Below are positions 30,085-32,000 of a DNA stretch of 32,000 nucleotides, in pieces; the first letter of the stretch is position 1, and every line of letters begins with the position of its first letter. The notes beneath the pieces are model-generated. The model saw only the letters and a program-made list of their open reading frames with translations, made no database searches and was not told where the DNA came from. This stretch comes from Candidatus Saccharimonadota bacterium. Lineage in GTDB: Bacteria > Patescibacteriota > Gracilibacteria > BD1-5 > UBA2023. The stretch lies in contig BAAFHK010000001.1 in the NCBI GenBank assembly GCA_042852035.1, positions 300,001 through 332,000 on the forward strand, given 5' to 3'. The position numbers and the translations under genes were made by a program.

Positions 30085-30960
30085 ATGACAACTTTAGCTA
30101 TTACTTGTTGATACTTTAACCCAATTCATCCGGGTCATATCGAGTGTTTTGAGCTTTCAAAAACAGAAGCTGGTGGAGATGAGTTATGGGTGATCGTTAA
30201 TAACGATCTGCAAGCAGAACTCAAGCGTTGAGTTAAAAGTTTTCAAGATGAAAAACTTCGCATGCAAGTGGTGAGTTCTATAAAATGAGTTGATCGAGTT
30301 ATTCTTTCTATTGATCAAGATGGTAGCGTGTGTAAATCTCTTGAGATGGCTATAAAGGAGGCAAAAGATAGTTGAAAATATGAGAAAATTATTTTTACGA
30401 AGGGCTGAGATCGTTTTGCTTCAAATATTCCAGAGGCAGAACTTTTGCGTCGCGAAGGGGTTCCTGTTATGGATTGACTCGGAGCAAAAACACATAACTC
30501 TAGTGATTTTTTGAAAAAGGTTCAGAGTAAAGAAGATGAAAATGATTTAGAGAAAAAAATTAGTGAACTTCCAAAAAATATTACAGAATGAAGGTATCTT
30601 GAGGTGGGAAATCGCCCTTGGGGAGTATACTATGTTCTCGAAGATCTTCCTCTCTATAAGGTTAAAAAAATTATTGTTAACCCATGACAGAGACTCTCCC
30701 TTCAGTCACATGAAAAAAGAAGTGAGCACTGGACGGTTGTTTCTGGTATTGCTACGGTCGATATACGACATTCAGATTTTAAAGAGATTGAGCAGATTAA
30801 AGTTCTTCGCCCAAACGAGGGGTGTCATATTCCTGTAGGTTTTCTTCATCGACTCTCAAACATTCATAGTGATCCACTTGTTGTTATTGAGGTGCAATGT
30901 GGCGAATATACTTGAGAGGATGATATTATTCGATACGAAGATGATTTTTGAAGAAAATAG
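30085..30960 (+). CDS. Fusion protein: N-terminal cytidylyltransferase-like domain plus C-terminal cupin (type II mannose-6-phosphate isomerase-like) domain, 291 aa
   Basis: N-terminal part: LAITCGYFNPIHPGHIECFELSK...DELWVIVNND...VDRVILS, the HxGH nucleotidyltransferase motif. C-terminal part: RPWGVYYVLEDLPLYKVKKIIVNPGQRLSLQSHEKRSEHWTVVSGIATV...IPVGFLHRLSN...IEVQCGEYTGEDDIIRYEDDFGR, resembling the ManC C-terminal cupin. Stop is TAG at 30958-30960. Confidence 0.75.
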
Positions 30961-30977
30961 ATTTTCCTTGGAACCAT

Positions 30978-31002
30978 AAAAAGAGGGAATAACCCTTTTT
31001 TT
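30978..31002 (+). terminator. AT-rich hairpin with T-run; candidate terminator
   Basis: aaaaagaggg (30978-30987), loop aataa, cccttttttt (30993-31002). The GGG/CCC core is extended by A-U pairs and one G-U pair. Confidence 0.55.
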
Positions 31003-31004
31003 AT

Positions 31005-31032
31005 TTGATTTTCCTTCTCTTATATCTATAAT
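31005..31032 (+). promoter_or_regulatory. Dedicated promoter of atpD
   Basis: TTGATT (31005-31010), 16 nt, TATAAT (31027-31032). ATG 31059 lies 26 nt downstream. No SD. Confidence 0.55.
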
Positions 31033-31058
31033 CCGCGCGTTCTTTATACGTTTTTTTT

Positions 31059-32000
31059 ATGGCTCACACTGGTATTATTACAAAAATTATTGGCGTTGTT
31101 ATTGACGTCGAATTCAAGGATGGATATATTCCAGCCATCTATGAGGCTCTTGAAGTTGAAGGAGCTCCTCATAAACTTGTGCTTGAGGTTCAACAACAGC
31201 TCGGAGATAATATTGTCCGAACAATTGCGATGAATCCTGTCGATGGAGTGAAACGATGACTTTCGGTAGTAGCGTCTGGGGCTCCAATTTCTGTCCCAGT
31301 TGGAGAAAAAGTTCTCGGTCGTATGTTTAATGTTCTTGGTGATCCTATCGATGAGATGGAAGCCCCAAAGACAGAAAGCAAGCTTCCTATTCATCGAGCT
31401 TCTCCAGCATTTGAAGACCTTTCTACGAAGACAGAAGTATTTGAAACAGGAATTAAAGTAGTTGATCTCATTTGTCCGATGCTTAAGTGAGGTAAGGTTG
31501 GACTCTTTGGATGAGCATGAGTAGGAAAAACAGTTATCATGCAAGAACTTATTCATAATATTGCAAGTGAACATGGAGGGTATTCTGTTGTTGCTTGAGT
31601 TGGGGAGAGAACTCGTGAGGGAAATGATCTCTACCATGAGATGAAAGATAGTGGTGTAATCGATAAAACAGCAATGGTATTTGGTCAAATGAATGAGGCT
31701 CCAGGGCCTCGTGCTCGCGTTGCTTTAACTTGACTTACTATGGCGGAGTATTTCCGTGATGTAGAAAAGCGAGATGTTCTTCTTTTTGTGGATAATATTT
31801 TCCGTTTTACACAAGCAGGTTCTGAGATTTCAGCCCTTCTTGGTCGCATACCATCAGCAGTATGATACCAGCCAACTCTTGCCACAGACATGGGTACACT
31901 TCAGGAGCGTATTGCTTCAACGAAGAATGGTTCTATTACATCTGTACAAGCAGTATATGTTCCGGCAGATGATCTTACTGATCCAGCTCCGGCAAATACT
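31059..32000 (+). CDS. atpD: F0F1 ATP synthase subunit beta, N-terminal 314 codons (3' end outside the window)
   Basis: [19 protein letters not shown].... The Walker A GGAGVGKT is encoded as gga TGA gca TGA gta gga aaa aca (31509-31532). Further on: ...[12 protein letters not shown]...[32 protein letters not shown].... There are 7 in-frame TGA in the visible part. Confidence 0.97.

Noticed and set aside
31044-31688. The 214-aa minus-strand ORF, the second-longest in the track.
   Set aside because: It is antisense to atpD, whose Walker A and other beta-subunit motifs are unambiguous. It is an artefact of AT-rich sequence lacking stops on the opposite strand.
1-32000. The fragmented ORF track could mean a decaying genome full of pseudogenes.
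   Set aside because: Every interruption is a TGA and never TAA or TAG. The frames continue without shifts for up to 1127 codons. The TGA codons coincide with invariant Gly residues in Walker A, KTGT, GLCGG and similar motifs.
1-32000. Code 4 (TGA=Trp, Mycoplasma-like) or selenocysteine recoding.
   Set aside because: TGA aligns with Gly columns, not Trp or Cys columns. TGG is used at expected Trp positions. The TGA density, up to three within a 7-codon motif, is incompatible with SECIS-dependent Sec insertion.
1-32000. CRISPR arrays, transposases, integrases, prophage genes or long direct repeats.
   Set aside because: Nothing of this kind appeared in either strand under code 25. All sizeable ORFs are accounted for by the listed genes.

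Overview
AT-rich bacterial chromosomal window that is only coherent under genetic code 25, where UGA encodes Gly and only UAA/UAG are stops. This is the recoding known from Gracilibacteria and Absconditabacteria (SR1) in the candidate phyla radiation. The supplied standard-code ORF track is shredded because TGA is a frequent sense codon. I re-read both strands by hand with TGA=Gly and recovered 30 tightly packed, uninterrupted genes. No rRNA, tRNA, CRISPR array or mobile element was seen.

Gene order:
- murI (3' part), convergent with and overlapping a 572-aa RelA/SpoT-like protein.
- murD.
- A long minus-strand cell-envelope operon: LCP ligase, class A PBP, FtsE, MOP flippase, and a 1127-aa polytopic membrane protein.
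- rsmH, an ftsL-like gene, and recR.
- A stand-alone rplA.
- An orphan barstar-family gene.
- A polysaccharide deacetylase and a GlmU-like nucleotidyltransferase.
- A COG1373-type AAA ATPase.
- pheS and dnaN.
- A Nudix hydrolase and a hypothetical gene.
- An F1Fo ATP synthase cluster atpB-E-F-H-A-G that is separated from atpD by three unrelated genes: sixA-like, rnhA, and a cytidylyltransferase-cupin fusion.

Main findings beyond the recoding:
- Consensus sigma70-like promoters sit 6-9 nt upstream of several ATGs, implying leaderless mRNAs, and Shine-Dalgarno motifs are generally absent.
- The atp operon is split, and its delta subunit is truncated.
- The RelA/SpoT homologue is divergent and synthetase-only.
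- The barstar gene has no barnase partner.
- Several hairpins overlap the ends of coding regions.

All functional calls come from motif recognition in manual translations. No database search was possible.
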